Assembly (NCBI GenBank): GCA_965205265.1
Contig: CBDBGH010000003.1
Coordinates: forward strand, 1,984,001-2,048,000
Reading direction: 5' to 3'
Length of the DNA stretch: 64,000 nt
Source: Alphaproteobacteria bacterium
GTDB taxonomy: Bacteria; Pseudomonadota; Alphaproteobacteria; Bin95
This document shows positions 18,453-26,973 of this stretch, piece by piece (the first letter of the stretch is position 1; every line of letters begins with the position of its first letter). Made by a program: the position numbers and the translations under genes. The notes beneath the pieces were generated by a model. It was given only the letters and a program-made list of their open reading frames with translations. It did no database searches and was not told the DNA's origin.

Positions 18453-19259
18453 ATGGCCTTTCCCCTCGACCATACCGGGCAGATGCGCGCCGATCTCGAT
18501 GCGGGCGCCGCCGCCTGGGAGCGCCTGGGTTTCCTGCTCTCCCCGGAAACGCCGCAGCAGGGCGCCGTTCCGGGAACAGGCGGCATGCAGCCCTGGGCCA
18601 CGGCCAACCGCTGCGCGCTGTTCCGCGAGGGCTATCTGGAGCTGATCGGCATTCGCGCGCCCGACAGGTTCAACCCCTGGGCGCATTTCATCGCCCGGCA
18701 CGAGGGCATCCACATCGCGGCCTTCCGCTGCGCGTCGGCGGACGGGGCCTGGCCCGACATGGCGGCGCTGGGCTTCGCCCCGCCGGTGCAGCGCGCCCGC
18801 TCGACGCCGGCGGGAGAGATGCGCTTCCGCAATATCTTCTCCGAGGACGCAAGCTGGCCCGAGGGGCGCATCATCGTCATCGAGCACCAGACGCCGGACG
18901 TGCTGTGGCGGCCGGAACTGCTGGAGCATCCGAACGGCGCCCGCGCGCTCAGGCAATGCCTGTTCGTCTCGGACAGTCCCGACGAACTGGCGGCCCGGCT
19001 CGCCGGCTTCGGCGCGGACTCCGCCGGCTATGCGGTGCTGTCCGCCGCGGCGTATGCGGACCAGTTCCCCGGCGAGGCCGCGCCGCCCCTGCCCTGCATG
19101 GCCGGGCATGTCATCGCCTTCGCCGACCCCGAGCGGGCCATTCGCCTGATAGAAGGCAATGGTGTGCCCGTGAAGCGGGACAGCCTCGGGCGGGCCTTTG
19201 TCGGCCGGGCGCACAATAACGGCGCGGTCATGGTGCTGATTGAGGGCCGCCCCGCCTGA
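18453..19259 (+). CDS. VOC/glyoxalase-like family protein
   Basis: LDH, LGF, TANR..LF..GYLELI, HQTPD..W.P...HPNGARAL. Confidence 0.85.
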   Translation: MAFPLDHTGQMRADLDAGAAAWERLGFLLSPETPQQGAVPGTGGMQPWATANRCALFREGYLELIGIRAPDRFNPWAHFIARHEGIHIAAFRCASADGAWPDMAALGFAPPVQRARSTPAGEMRFRNIFSEDASWPEGRIIVIEHQTPDVLWRPELLEHPNGARALRQCLFVSDSPDELAARLAGFGADSAGYAVLSAAAYADQFPGEAAPPLPCMAGHVIAFADPERAIRLIEGNGVPVKRDSLGRAFVGRAHNNGAVMVLIEGRPA

Positions 19260-19295
19260 CGGCATAATCGCGCCGCTCCAGCGAAGGGAGAGGCC

Positions 19296-20456
19296 ATGAC
19301 GGGGGAACGGTTCCGCTTCCCGAGGGTCGAGTTCGGCCCGGAGGAACGGGCGCTCAGGGAGGAAGTCCGCGACTTCATCCGTTCCGAGCGGGAGTCGGGC
19401 GGCTTCACGCCCATGGCGGACAGCTGGGGCTCCGGCTGGTCGCCCGAATGGTCGCGCAAGATGGGCGAACGCGGCTGGCTCGGCATGATGTGGCCGAAGC
19501 AATATGGCGGCGGCGAGCGCCCGGCGCTGCACCGCTATATCGTGACCGAGGAGATGGTGTCCGCCGGCGCGCCCTGCGCCGCGCACTGGGTCGCCGACCG
19601 CCAGTCCGGGCCGCTGCTGCTGCGCTACGGCACGGAGGAGCAGCGGCGCTCGATCCTGCCGCGCATCGCCGCCGGGGAATGCTATTTCGCCATCGGCATG
19701 AGCGAGCCGGACTCCGGCTCCGACCTCGCTTCGGTCCGCACCGCGGCCACAAAGGTCGATGGCGGTTGGACGATAAACGGGCGCAAGATCTGGTCTTCCG
19801 GCGCGCACCGCTCGCATTACATGATCGCACTGGTCCGCACCCGGCCCCGCGACATGAAGGCCCGCCATGCCGGCCTGACACAGTTCCTGATCGACCTCAA
19901 GTCGCCCGGCATCGAGATACGCGGCATCCGCAATATCGCCGGCGAGCGCCATTTCAACGAGACCGTGTTCGACGATGCGTTCGTGCCGGACGACATGGCG
20001 ATCGGCGAGGTGGGCGACGGCTGGCGGCAGGTCACAAGCGAGCTCGCCATCGAACGCTCCGGGCCGGAACGGTTCCTCTCCACCTTCCCGGTGCTGACCG
20101 AGCTGGTGCGGGAACTCGGTCCCGAGCCCGGCGAGAGGGACGCGGAAACGGTCGGCGCGCTGGCGGCACGGACCATGGCGCTCCGGCGCATGTCGCTCGG
20201 CGTCTCGAAGCTGCTGGACGAAGGCGAGGCGCCGGAAGTCGCCGCCGCGCTCGTCAAGGACATGGGCACGCGCTTCGAGGGCGAACTGGTGCGCGAGGCC
20301 CGGAACCTCCTGCCGGCGCAGGCCGCGAGCCAGTCCCCGGACCTCTACGGCAAGGTGCTGGCGGACGGCGTGCTGCATGTGCCCTCCTCCACCATTCGCG
20401 GCGGCACCAACGAGGTGCTGAAGGGCATCGTCGCGCGGGAGCTGGGCCTTCGATGA
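19296..20456 (+). CDS. Acyl-CoA dehydrogenase (probable catalytic subunit)
   Basis: GMSEPDSGSDLAS, NGRKIWSS, FNETVFDD, ELAIERSG, IRGGTNEV. Confidence 0.93.
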   Translation: MTGERFRFPRVEFGPEERALREEVRDFIRSERESGGFTPMADSWGSGWSPEWSRKMGERGWLGMMWPKQYGGGERPALHRYIVTEEMVSAGAPCAAHWVADRQSGPLLLRYGTEEQRRSILPRIAAGECYFAIGMSEPDSGSDLASVRTAATKVDGGWTINGRKIWSSGAHRSHYMIALVRTRPRDMKARHAGLTQFLIDLKSPGIEIRGIRNIAGERHFNETVFDDAFVPDDMAIGEVGDGWRQVTSELAIERSGPERFLSTFPVLTELVRELGPEPGERDAETVGALAARTMALRRMSLGVSKLLDEGEAPEVAAALVKDMGTRFEGELVREARNLLPAQAASQSPDLYGKVLADGVLHVPSSTIRGGTNEVLKGIVARELGLR

Positions 20457-21502
20457 GCGACCGTATCGTCCTCGACACGGCGGAGCGCATCCTCGCCGAC
20501 CTCTGCCCGCCTGAGGTCGTCAACGACGCGGAGAACGGCGTCTGGCCGGCAGCGCTTTGGGAGGCGCTGGAGGAAAGCGGCCTCACCCTCGCCTGGGTTT
20601 GCGAAGAGCTCGGCGGCGGGGGAGCGGATGTCGGAGACGGCTTCGATATCCTGAAGGCAGCCGGCGCCTGGGCGGCTCCCGTTCCGTTGGCCGAAACGCT
20701 GCTGGCGGGCTGGCTTCTCGAACGGGTGGGCCTTGCCCCGGCGGTCGGCCCCATGACGGTGGCCCCGGTCGGCCCGGCCGACACCGTCGAGCTCTCAGGC
20801 GGCGTGCTCTCCGGCACGGCGCGGCAAGTGCCCTTCGCGCGCCAGGCCGGGCATGTCGCGCTGCTGGCGGCGGGCCGCATCCTTCTCGTCGAGCGGGAGG
20901 CCTGCGCGCTGGTGCCGGGAACGAGCCTTGCCGGCGAGGCGCGCGACGACATCGCGTTCGACGGCGTGCACCCGCTGCGCTCGGCCCCGGCGCCCGAGGG
21001 ACTCGACCGGGACCGCCCGATGCTTGTCGGTGCGGCGATCCGCGCGGCGCAGATGGCAGGCGCGCTTTCCCGGCTGCTCGACCAGTCGGTGCAATACGCG
21101 CAGGAGCGCGAGCAGTTCGGCCGGCCCATCGGTCGCTTCCAGGCGGTGCAACATGCGCTGGCGGAGCTCGCCGGCGAGGCAGCCGCGGCCGAAGCGGCGG
21201 CGGACGCCGCGGGCGAGGCCGTCGCGGCCGGGGATTTCGGCCCTGCCGGCGTCGCGGCGATTGCGGCGGCCAAGGCGCGCGTCGGCGAGGCGGCGTCGAA
21301 GGGCGCCGCCATCGCGCACCAGGTCCACGGCGCGATGGGCTTCACTTACGAACATTCCCTGCACCACCGCACGAGGCGGCTCTGGTGCTGGCGGGACGAG
21401 TTCGGCAATGAGCGCTTTTGGTCGGTCCGGCTCGGCCGCCTGATTGCCGAGAAGGGAGCCGACGCGCTCTGGCCCTTCGTGACCGGGAGCCATGCGGCGT
21501 GA
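20453..21502 (+). CDS. Acyl-CoA dehydrogenase-family protein (short, probable partner subunit)
   Basis: REQFGRPIGRFQAVQH, HQVHGAMGFTYEH; lacks EPxxGSD; ATGA coupling. Confidence 0.88.
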   Translation: MSDRIVLDTAERILADLCPPEVVNDAENGVWPAALWEALEESGLTLAWVCEELGGGGADVGDGFDILKAAGAWAAPVPLAETLLAGWLLERVGLAPAVGPMTVAPVGPADTVELSGGVLSGTARQVPFARQAGHVALLAAGRILLVEREACALVPGTSLAGEARDDIAFDGVHPLRSAPAPEGLDRDRPMLVGAAIRAAQMAGALSRLLDQSVQYAQEREQFGRPIGRFQAVQHALAELAGEAAAAEAAADAAGEAVAAGDFGPAGVAAIAAAKARVGEAASKGAAIAHQVHGAMGFTYEHSLHHRTRRLWCWRDEFGNERFWSVRLGRLIAEKGADALWPFVTGSHAA

Positions 21503-23253
21503 GCGACCGTCGGGAGGCGGCCGACTCGCTCCGGGCCGAACTGCGCCGGCGCGGCCTCGACGGCTTCGTGGTGCCGCGCGCGGATGAGCACCAGGGCGAA
21601 TATGTGCCGCCGAGCGCGGCGCGGCTCGCCTGGCTGACCGGCTTTACCGGCTCGGCCGGGGTCGCCGTCCTGCTGCTCGAAAAGGCCGCGGTCTTCAGCG
21701 ACGGCCGTTACACGCTGCAAATGCCGGAACAGGTCGATACCGAACTCTTCGAGTGCCGCCATATCGGCGACGATCCGCCGGCGGAGTGGATCGCGGCGAA
21801 CCTGCCGGCGGAGGGCGCGCTCGGCTACGACCCCTGGCTGCATGTGGAGGGCGAGGTCCGCAAGTTCGAGGAGGCGGCCGGCAAGGCCGGCGGCCGGCTG
21901 GTCGCCTGCGAGGACAACCCGCTGGATGCGGTCTGGGCCGAACGGCCCGCCCCGCCGGCCGCGCCGGTCGTCGCGCATGACATCGCCCATGCCGGCCGGG
22001 ACTCCGCCGACAAGCGCCGCGAACTGGCCGCCGCGCTTGCCGGGGCCGGCCGCGACGCCGCCGTGCTGACCCTGCCGGACTCCATCGCGTGGCTGTTGAA
22101 TGTGCGCGGCGGCGATGTCTCCCACACGCCGCTGCCGCTCTCTTTCGCGCTGCTGGACCGCGAAGGCCGGGTGGAGCTGTTCGTCGATCCGGCCAAGCCC
22201 GCGCCGGGCCTTGGCGAGCATCTCGGCAACGAGGTGTCGCTGGCGCCGCCGGAGGCATTCGGGCCGGCGCTCGACGCGCTGGCGGCCAGGACGGTGCTGG
22301 TCGATGCCGCCAGCGCGCCGGCCTGGGTCCTCTCGCGGCTGGAAGCGGCGGGCGCGGCGATCGAACGCGGGCGCGACCCCTGCATCCTGCCCAAGGCCTG
22401 CAAGAACGAGGGCGAGATCGCGGGGACGCGGGCCGCGCACCGCCGCGACGCCGGGGCGATGGCGGACTTCCTCGCCTGGCTCGACCGCGAAGGCCCCTCG
22501 GGCCGGCAGACGGAGCTTTCCGCCGCCGCGCAGTTGCACGGCTGCCGCAAGAAGCTGCCGCTCTTCCGCGATCTCAGCTTCCCGACGATCTCCGGCGCGG
22601 GACCCAACGGCGCCATCGTCCATTACGGCGTGACCGAGGCCACCGACCGGGTGCTCGCGCCGGGCATGCTCTATCTGGTCGATTCCGGCGCGCAGTTCCT
22701 CGACGGCACGACCGACATCACCCGCACGGTCGCCATCGGGACCCCGACGGAGCACGAGCGCGCCTGCTTCACGCGCGTGCTGAAGGGGCATATTGCGCTC
22801 GCCACGGCGCGGTTTCCCGAGGGGACCACCGGCGCCCAGCTGGACGCGCTCGCCCGCGCGCCGCTCTGGCAGGGAGGGCTCGATTTCGACCACGGCACGG
22901 GCCACGGCGTCGGCAGCTACCTCTCCGTGCATGAGGGACCCCAGCGCGTCGCCCGCAGCGGCAACGAGCCCCTGCTTGCGGGCATGATCGTCTCAAACGA
23001 GCCCGGCTATTACGAAACGGGGGCGTTCGGCATCCGCATCGAGAACCTGTTGCTGGTGCGCGGGGACCCCGATTTCCCGGAGATGCTGAGTTTCGAGACG
23101 CTGACCTTCGCGCCCATCGACCGCCGCCTGATCGACATCGCGCTCCTCACGCCCGCCGAACGCGACTGGCTGAACGCCTACCACGCCCAGGTGCGCGAGA
23201 TTGCCGCCTGCGAGGACCCGCTCTGGCTCGAAGCCGCCACCGCCCCGATCTGA
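21499..23253 (+). CDS. Xaa-Pro aminopeptidase (aminopeptidase P, M24)
   Basis: DEHQGEY, GFTGSAG, DSGAQFLDGTTDITRT, HGTGHGVG..LSVHEGP, SNEPGYY, GIRIEN. Confidence 0.95.
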   Translation: MSDRREAADSLRAELRRRGLDGFVVPRADEHQGEYVPPSAARLAWLTGFTGSAGVAVLLLEKAAVFSDGRYTLQMPEQVDTELFECRHIGDDPPAEWIAANLPAEGALGYDPWLHVEGEVRKFEEAAGKAGGRLVACEDNPLDAVWAERPAPPAAPVVAHDIAHAGRDSADKRRELAAALAGAGRDAAVLTLPDSIAWLLNVRGGDVSHTPLPLSFALLDREGRVELFVDPAKPAPGLGEHLGNEVSLAPPEAFGPALDALAARTVLVDAASAPAWVLSRLEAAGAAIERGRDPCILPKACKNEGEIAGTRAAHRRDAGAMADFLAWLDREGPSGRQTELSAAAQLHGCRKKLPLFRDLSFPTISGAGPNGAIVHYGVTEATDRVLAPGMLYLVDSGAQFLDGTTDITRTVAIGTPTEHERACFTRVLKGHIALATARFPEGTTGAQLDALARAPLWQGGLDFDHGTGHGVGSYLSVHEGPQRVARSGNEPLLAGMIVSNEPGYYETGAFGIRIENLLLVRGDPDFPEMLSFETLTFAPIDRRLIDIALLTPAERDWLNAYHAQVREIAACEDPLWLEAATAPI

Positions 23254-23294
23254 GCCCTGCCGGGTTCGCACACATGCGGGTGCTGGCACACGAT

Positions 23295-23345
23295 CCGTTC
23301 CGATAGAACCGCGTTTCGGTCCGAACCCGAACGGAACGTGCTCTA
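23295..23345. repeat. Imperfect hairpin repeat, copy 1 (possible bidirectional terminator)
   Basis: ccgttccgatagaac...cggaacgtg; related to 24642-24690; between convergent genes. Confidence 0.4.
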
Positions 23346-24530
23346 CCGCAGCGCTCGCCGCACGCGGTATGCGGTGCGGAAAAGGGCGGACATGCCGTTT
23401 GCCAGGCTGAAGAACGGCCGGCGCGCCGGCAGGAATTCGGCGGCGGCGAGGTCCTCAATGGCGTTGAGGGTCCGCCGCACGCCCGTTTCCACCAGCCGGC
23501 GCTTGCGGTCATCGCCGAGGTCCAGCCCGCCGCATACCAGAACCGCGACCGTCAGGAGCGACAGCATGTTCCGCCGGTAAAGCTGCCAGCAGTCCTCGAA
23601 GGTGAAGTCTTCCGCGCCCATGCCGCAGACAATGTCCCGATACTCGCTCAGGGCGTCGCGCTCGATTTCGCGGCGCAGTTCGGTCGGGATGTTGCCGCCG
23701 AGGAAATAGGCGACATCGTAGAGGCCGCTGCCGACAGCGCTGACCTGCCAGTCGATCATGGCGACCTTGTCCCCGCCGCCTGCGTCGAAGAACAGGTTGT
23801 CGAGCCGGACATCGCCGTGTGTGAAGGTGAGCGGCGCTGCGGCGACCTCGCCCAGATAGTCGATCAAGCACAGGCCGTAGGCTTCGACAATCCGGCGCAT
23901 TTCGCCCGTAAAGAGACCGTCGATGCGGTCGAGAGCCGGTGCGAGACTCGCCAGATAGACCAATTGCAGCACCCTGAGGCGTTTCGGGCTGAAGGCGTCG
24001 TGCAGCCCGGCCAGCGGCGGCCGGTCGGTCCTGTTCCAGTAGAAGCCGTGCATCCGCGCGAGCGCACGCACGACTGCCCTCGCCTGTTCGGCGGTCGCGC
24101 CGGCGATCTGGTCCCCTAGCGTCATTCCGCCCCCGCCCAGATCTTCGAGCACCAGGACGAAATCATGGCTCCGCGGCTCGAAGTCGCCGTACAGCAGGGC
24201 CGGCGAGCGGACCGGCGCCTGTGCGCCTATATGCCGGTAGAACTCGTATTCCCGCTTGTAGAGCGACAGGCGCCGGCACAGGCGCAGGCTTTTCGGGTCC
24301 GGGGAGGGCAGTTTGACGACGACGCTTCCGGGCGCCGCATCCGCCTCCCCTTCCCAGGCTATGCGGCAGCGCAGGATTTCCCCCAACAGGCCGAACCCGC
24401 CGCCGATCTCCTCGACCGCGACATCGCGGATCGCCGGAAGGTCCGGTGCGCCGGCGGCAGCCAGCGCCTGCTGCAGCCAGCGGGCATCCACCGCCTTCCC
24501 GCCCGCCGGAATTCCCGGATTTGCCGCCAT
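23343..24530 (-). CDS. Phosphotransferase (ecdysteroid-kinase-like/APH superfamily)
   Basis: SVVVKLP, YKREYEFY, LVLEDL, THGDVRLDNLFF, IDWQ, DVAYFL. Confidence 0.85.
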   Translation of the reverse strand: MAANPGIPAGGKAVDARWLQQALAAAGAPDLPAIRDVAVEEIGGGFGLLGEILRCRIAWEGEADAAPGSVVVKLPSPDPKSLRLCRRLSLYKREYEFYRHIGAQAPVRSPALLYGDFEPRSHDFVLVLEDLGGGGMTLGDQIAGATAEQARAVVRALARMHGFYWNRTDRPPLAGLHDAFSPKRLRVLQLVYLASLAPALDRIDGLFTGEMRRIVEAYGLCLIDYLGEVAAAPLTFTHGDVRLDNLFFDAGGGDKVAMIDWQVSAVGSGLYDVAYFLGGNIPTELRREIERDALSEYRDIVCGMGAEDFTFEDCWQLYRRNMLSLLTVAVLVCGGLDLGDDRKRRLVETGVRRTLNAIEDLAAAEFLPARRPFFSLANGMSALFRTAYRVRRALR

Positions 24531-24641
24531 GCCAACTCTTTCCCGCGGGCCGCTCCTTCTGGCGGCAGGACGCAGCCCTGCACGTCCGCCAGCCATCCGC
24601 CAGGCGCAGGAAACGCGCCGGCCGCGAGCCTAATGCAGAAC

Positions 24642-24690
24642 CCGTTCCGACAGAACACATTTCCGGCCCGGCCCGGGACTGGAGCGGGCC
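24642..24690. repeat. Imperfect hairpin repeat, copy 2
   Basis: ccgttccgacagaac...ggagcggg; first 15 nt match copy 1 with one mismatch. Confidence 0.4.
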
Positions 24691-24722
24691 CGGCGGGTCG
24701 GACAGTTTCGGGCGGCGGCCTT

Positions 24723-24746
24723 CTATCCCCCGACGGCGGGGGATAG
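24723..24746. other. Perfect 10-bp stem-loop in a divergent intergenic region
   Basis: CTATCCCCCG-acgg-CGGGGGATAG. Confidence 0.55.
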
Positions 24747-24780
24747 ACTGCACGGCCTGACAGCGGGGAGGGCACGCATC

Positions 24781-25818
24781 ATGGACCGCATCGTTCTCGC
24801 CGGGGCCGCGCAGCCCGGCATGAAGCATCGCCAGGGGCTGTTCCGGCTGGCCGGCGGAGACACAGAGTGGCAACGCGTCAGCCGGGGCCTGCCGGAGGAG
24901 CCGGAAATCCGCGCGCTCGGCTTCGTGGGCGAGAAGGCCTATGCCGGCACGCAGGCCGGACCCTATGTCAGCGAGGACGGAGGCGAGAGCTGGCGCTCGC
25001 TCAACCTGCCGTCGGAGGACCGGACCACATGGTCGGTGATGGCGCGGCCGGGCGACCCGGACACGCTCTATGCCGGCACCACAGGCACCTCCATCTACCG
25101 CAGCACAAACGGCGGCGCGCGCTGGGAGCGGCTTCGGCCGCCCGTGCCGGAGGGGCATTGCGACATGGGCTTCCCGACGCGCGTCATCCGCATGACGGCG
25201 GACCCGAGCGCGCCCGACGAGATTTATGCAGGGTTGGAAGTCGGCGGCGTGCTGCGCTCGCTCGACGGCGGCGACACCTGGGAAAGCTGCAATGCGGACC
25301 TGCTGAGGCTCGCGGGCGAGGAGCACCTGAAGAGCGCCATCGGCTCCGACATGGACAGCGAAGGCATGATGGACACGCACTCGCTGGCGGTCAGCCCCGC
25401 CCTGCCCGGCACTGTGTTCCTGGCGACCCGCATGGGCCTGTTCCGCTCCGACGACCGGGGCGGGACCTGGCGCGAAATGGGCATCGGCGACTACTCGCCG
25501 CTCACCTACGCCCGCGACGTCACGGTCTCGCGGCATGACCCGAAGACGCTTTTCGGCGCGTTCAGCAAGGCCGCCACCAGCGACGCCGGCTCGCTCTGGC
25601 GCAGCACCGACCTCGGCGGGAGCTGGGAGCGGTTCGACAGGGGCGTCGATGTCAACTCCACCCTGATGATCGTGGCCGAAAGCGCTTCCGACCCGGACCG
25701 CGTCTGGTGCGGGGCGCGCGGCGGGCGCACCTTCGGCACGGAGGACGGCGGCGAAAGCTGGGCGCAGGTCGAGCTGCCGGACGAGGTCGGCGGCGTCTAT
25801 GCAATGGCGGCCGCCTGA
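24781..25818 (+). CDS. BNR/Asp-box beta-propeller protein
   Basis: Six Asp-box-like repeats: SEDGGESW, STNGGARW, SLDGGDTW, SDDRGGTW, STDLGGSW, TEDGGESW. Confidence 0.85.
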   Translation: MDRIVLAGAAQPGMKHRQGLFRLAGGDTEWQRVSRGLPEEPEIRALGFVGEKAYAGTQAGPYVSEDGGESWRSLNLPSEDRTTWSVMARPGDPDTLYAGTTGTSIYRSTNGGARWERLRPPVPEGHCDMGFPTRVIRMTADPSAPDEIYAGLEVGGVLRSLDGGDTWESCNADLLRLAGEEHLKSAIGSDMDSEGMMDTHSLAVSPALPGTVFLATRMGLFRSDDRGGTWREMGIGDYSPLTYARDVTVSRHDPKTLFGAFSKAATSDAGSLWRSTDLGGSWERFDRGVDVNSTLMIVAESASDPDRVWCGARGGRTFGTEDGGESWAQVELPDEVGGVYAMAAA

Positions 25819-25863
25819 GGGACAGCGCCGCGCTCTTCCCGTCATGTCTGCGCGCTGTCCCTC

Positions 25864-25949
25864 CGTCATGCCCGGACTTGTTCCGGGCATCCACTTCCAC
25901 CGCCGTAACGACCCCGACGGAGATGCCCGGAACAAGTCCGGGCATGACG
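25864..25949. repeat. CGTC-tagged REP doublet (inverted pair, 30-nt spacer)
   Basis: cgtcatgcccggacttgttccgggcatc (25864-25891) and its exact reverse complement (25922-25949). Confidence 0.92.
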
Positions 25950-25980
25950 GGAAGAGGGTCGGGACACCGGGCCCGCGCCT

Positions 25981-26973
25981 GTGAACGAGGCCGGAAATAC
26001 GGACGCGCTCGCCGCTGCGCTTAGGCGCATGGGGTTGGTCGGGGCGGAGGAGCGGCCCCGCTTCGAGCCGCTGGAGGGCGGTGTCTCCTCGGACATCTAC
26101 CGGGTGGAAACGGCGGCGGGGCCCGTCTGCGTCAAGCGTGCGCTGCCTCGCCTCAAGGTCGCGGCCGACTGGCGCGCCCCGGTGGAGCGCAATGGCTCGG
26201 AAGCAGGCTGGTTCGCGGCCGTGAACGCGCTCCTGCCGGACGCCGCGCCGCGCCTGCTGGGGCAGGACGAAGAGGCGGGCGCACTCGCCATGACATGGCT
26301 TGAGCCGGAGACGCATCCGGTCTGGAAGGCGGAGCTTGCCGCCGGACGGGCCGACGCCGCCTTCGCGCGCGAGGTCGGACGCCGGCTCGCCCTCATCCAC
26401 CGGGCACATGCAGGCGACGGGGCGACCGCCGCCGCCTTCGCGACAGACCCGATCTTCCACGCGATCCGGCTGGAGCCCTACCTGCTGGCGACGGCGGAGC
26501 GGCACCCGGACCTCGCGCCCGCGCTCAACGACCTCGCCGAAGCGACGGCGGCAACGCGCGAAACGCTGGTCCACGGCGATGTCAGCCCGAAGAACATCCT
26601 CGCCGGACCCCGGGGTCCCGTTTTCCTCGACGCCGAATGCGCCTGGTACGGGGACCCCGCCTTCGACATCGCCTTCTGCCTGAACCACATGCTGCTGAAG
26701 AGCGTCTGGAAACCACGGCACGAGGCGGCCTATCTCGCCTGCTTCCGCGCGCTGGTCGAGGGCTACGGGCCGGAGGCGGCGCTGGAGGGGCGCGCGGCGC
26801 GGCTGCTGCCGGGCCTGCTGCTCGCGCGGCTCGACGGCAAGTCGCCGGTGGAATACCTCACCCGCGAGGACGAGAAGGCCCGCCCCCGCGCCTTCGCCCG
26901 CCGCCTGCTGCAACGCCCGCCCGCAAGCCTCGGCGAGATTGCGGCGGCCTGGGAGGAGGGGGCGGCGACGTGA
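25981..26973 (+). CDS. APH-family small-molecule kinase (methylthioribose-kinase-like)
   Basis: LEGGVSSDI, VKRALPRLKV, HGDVSPKNIL, FLDAECAWYGDPAFD. Confidence 0.85.
   Translation: MNEAGNTDALAAALRRMGLVGAEERPRFEPLEGGVSSDIYRVETAAGPVCVKRALPRLKVAADWRAPVERNGSEAGWFAAVNALLPDAAPRLLGQDEEAGALAMTWLEPETHPVWKAELAAGRADAAFAREVGRRLALIHRAHAGDGATAAAFATDPIFHAIRLEPYLLATAERHPDLAPALNDLAEATAATRETLVHGDVSPKNILAGPRGPVFLDAECAWYGDPAFDIAFCLNHMLLKSVWKPRHEAAYLACFRALVEGYGPEAALEGRAARLLPGLLLARLDGKSPVEYLTREDEKARPRAFARRLLQRPPASLGEIAAAWEEGAAT

Noticed and set aside
16380-20378. 1332-aa minus-strand ORF and other long shadow ORFs (24163-26913, 30551-33607, 61035-63095)
   Set aside because: Antisense or off-frame shadows of well-supported genes in high-GC DNA; Arg/Gly/Ala-rich with no motifs
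23295-24690. Integron attC sites around the kinase gene
   Set aside because: No RYYYAAC/GTTRRRY core pair and no integrase; kept only as a generic repeat observation
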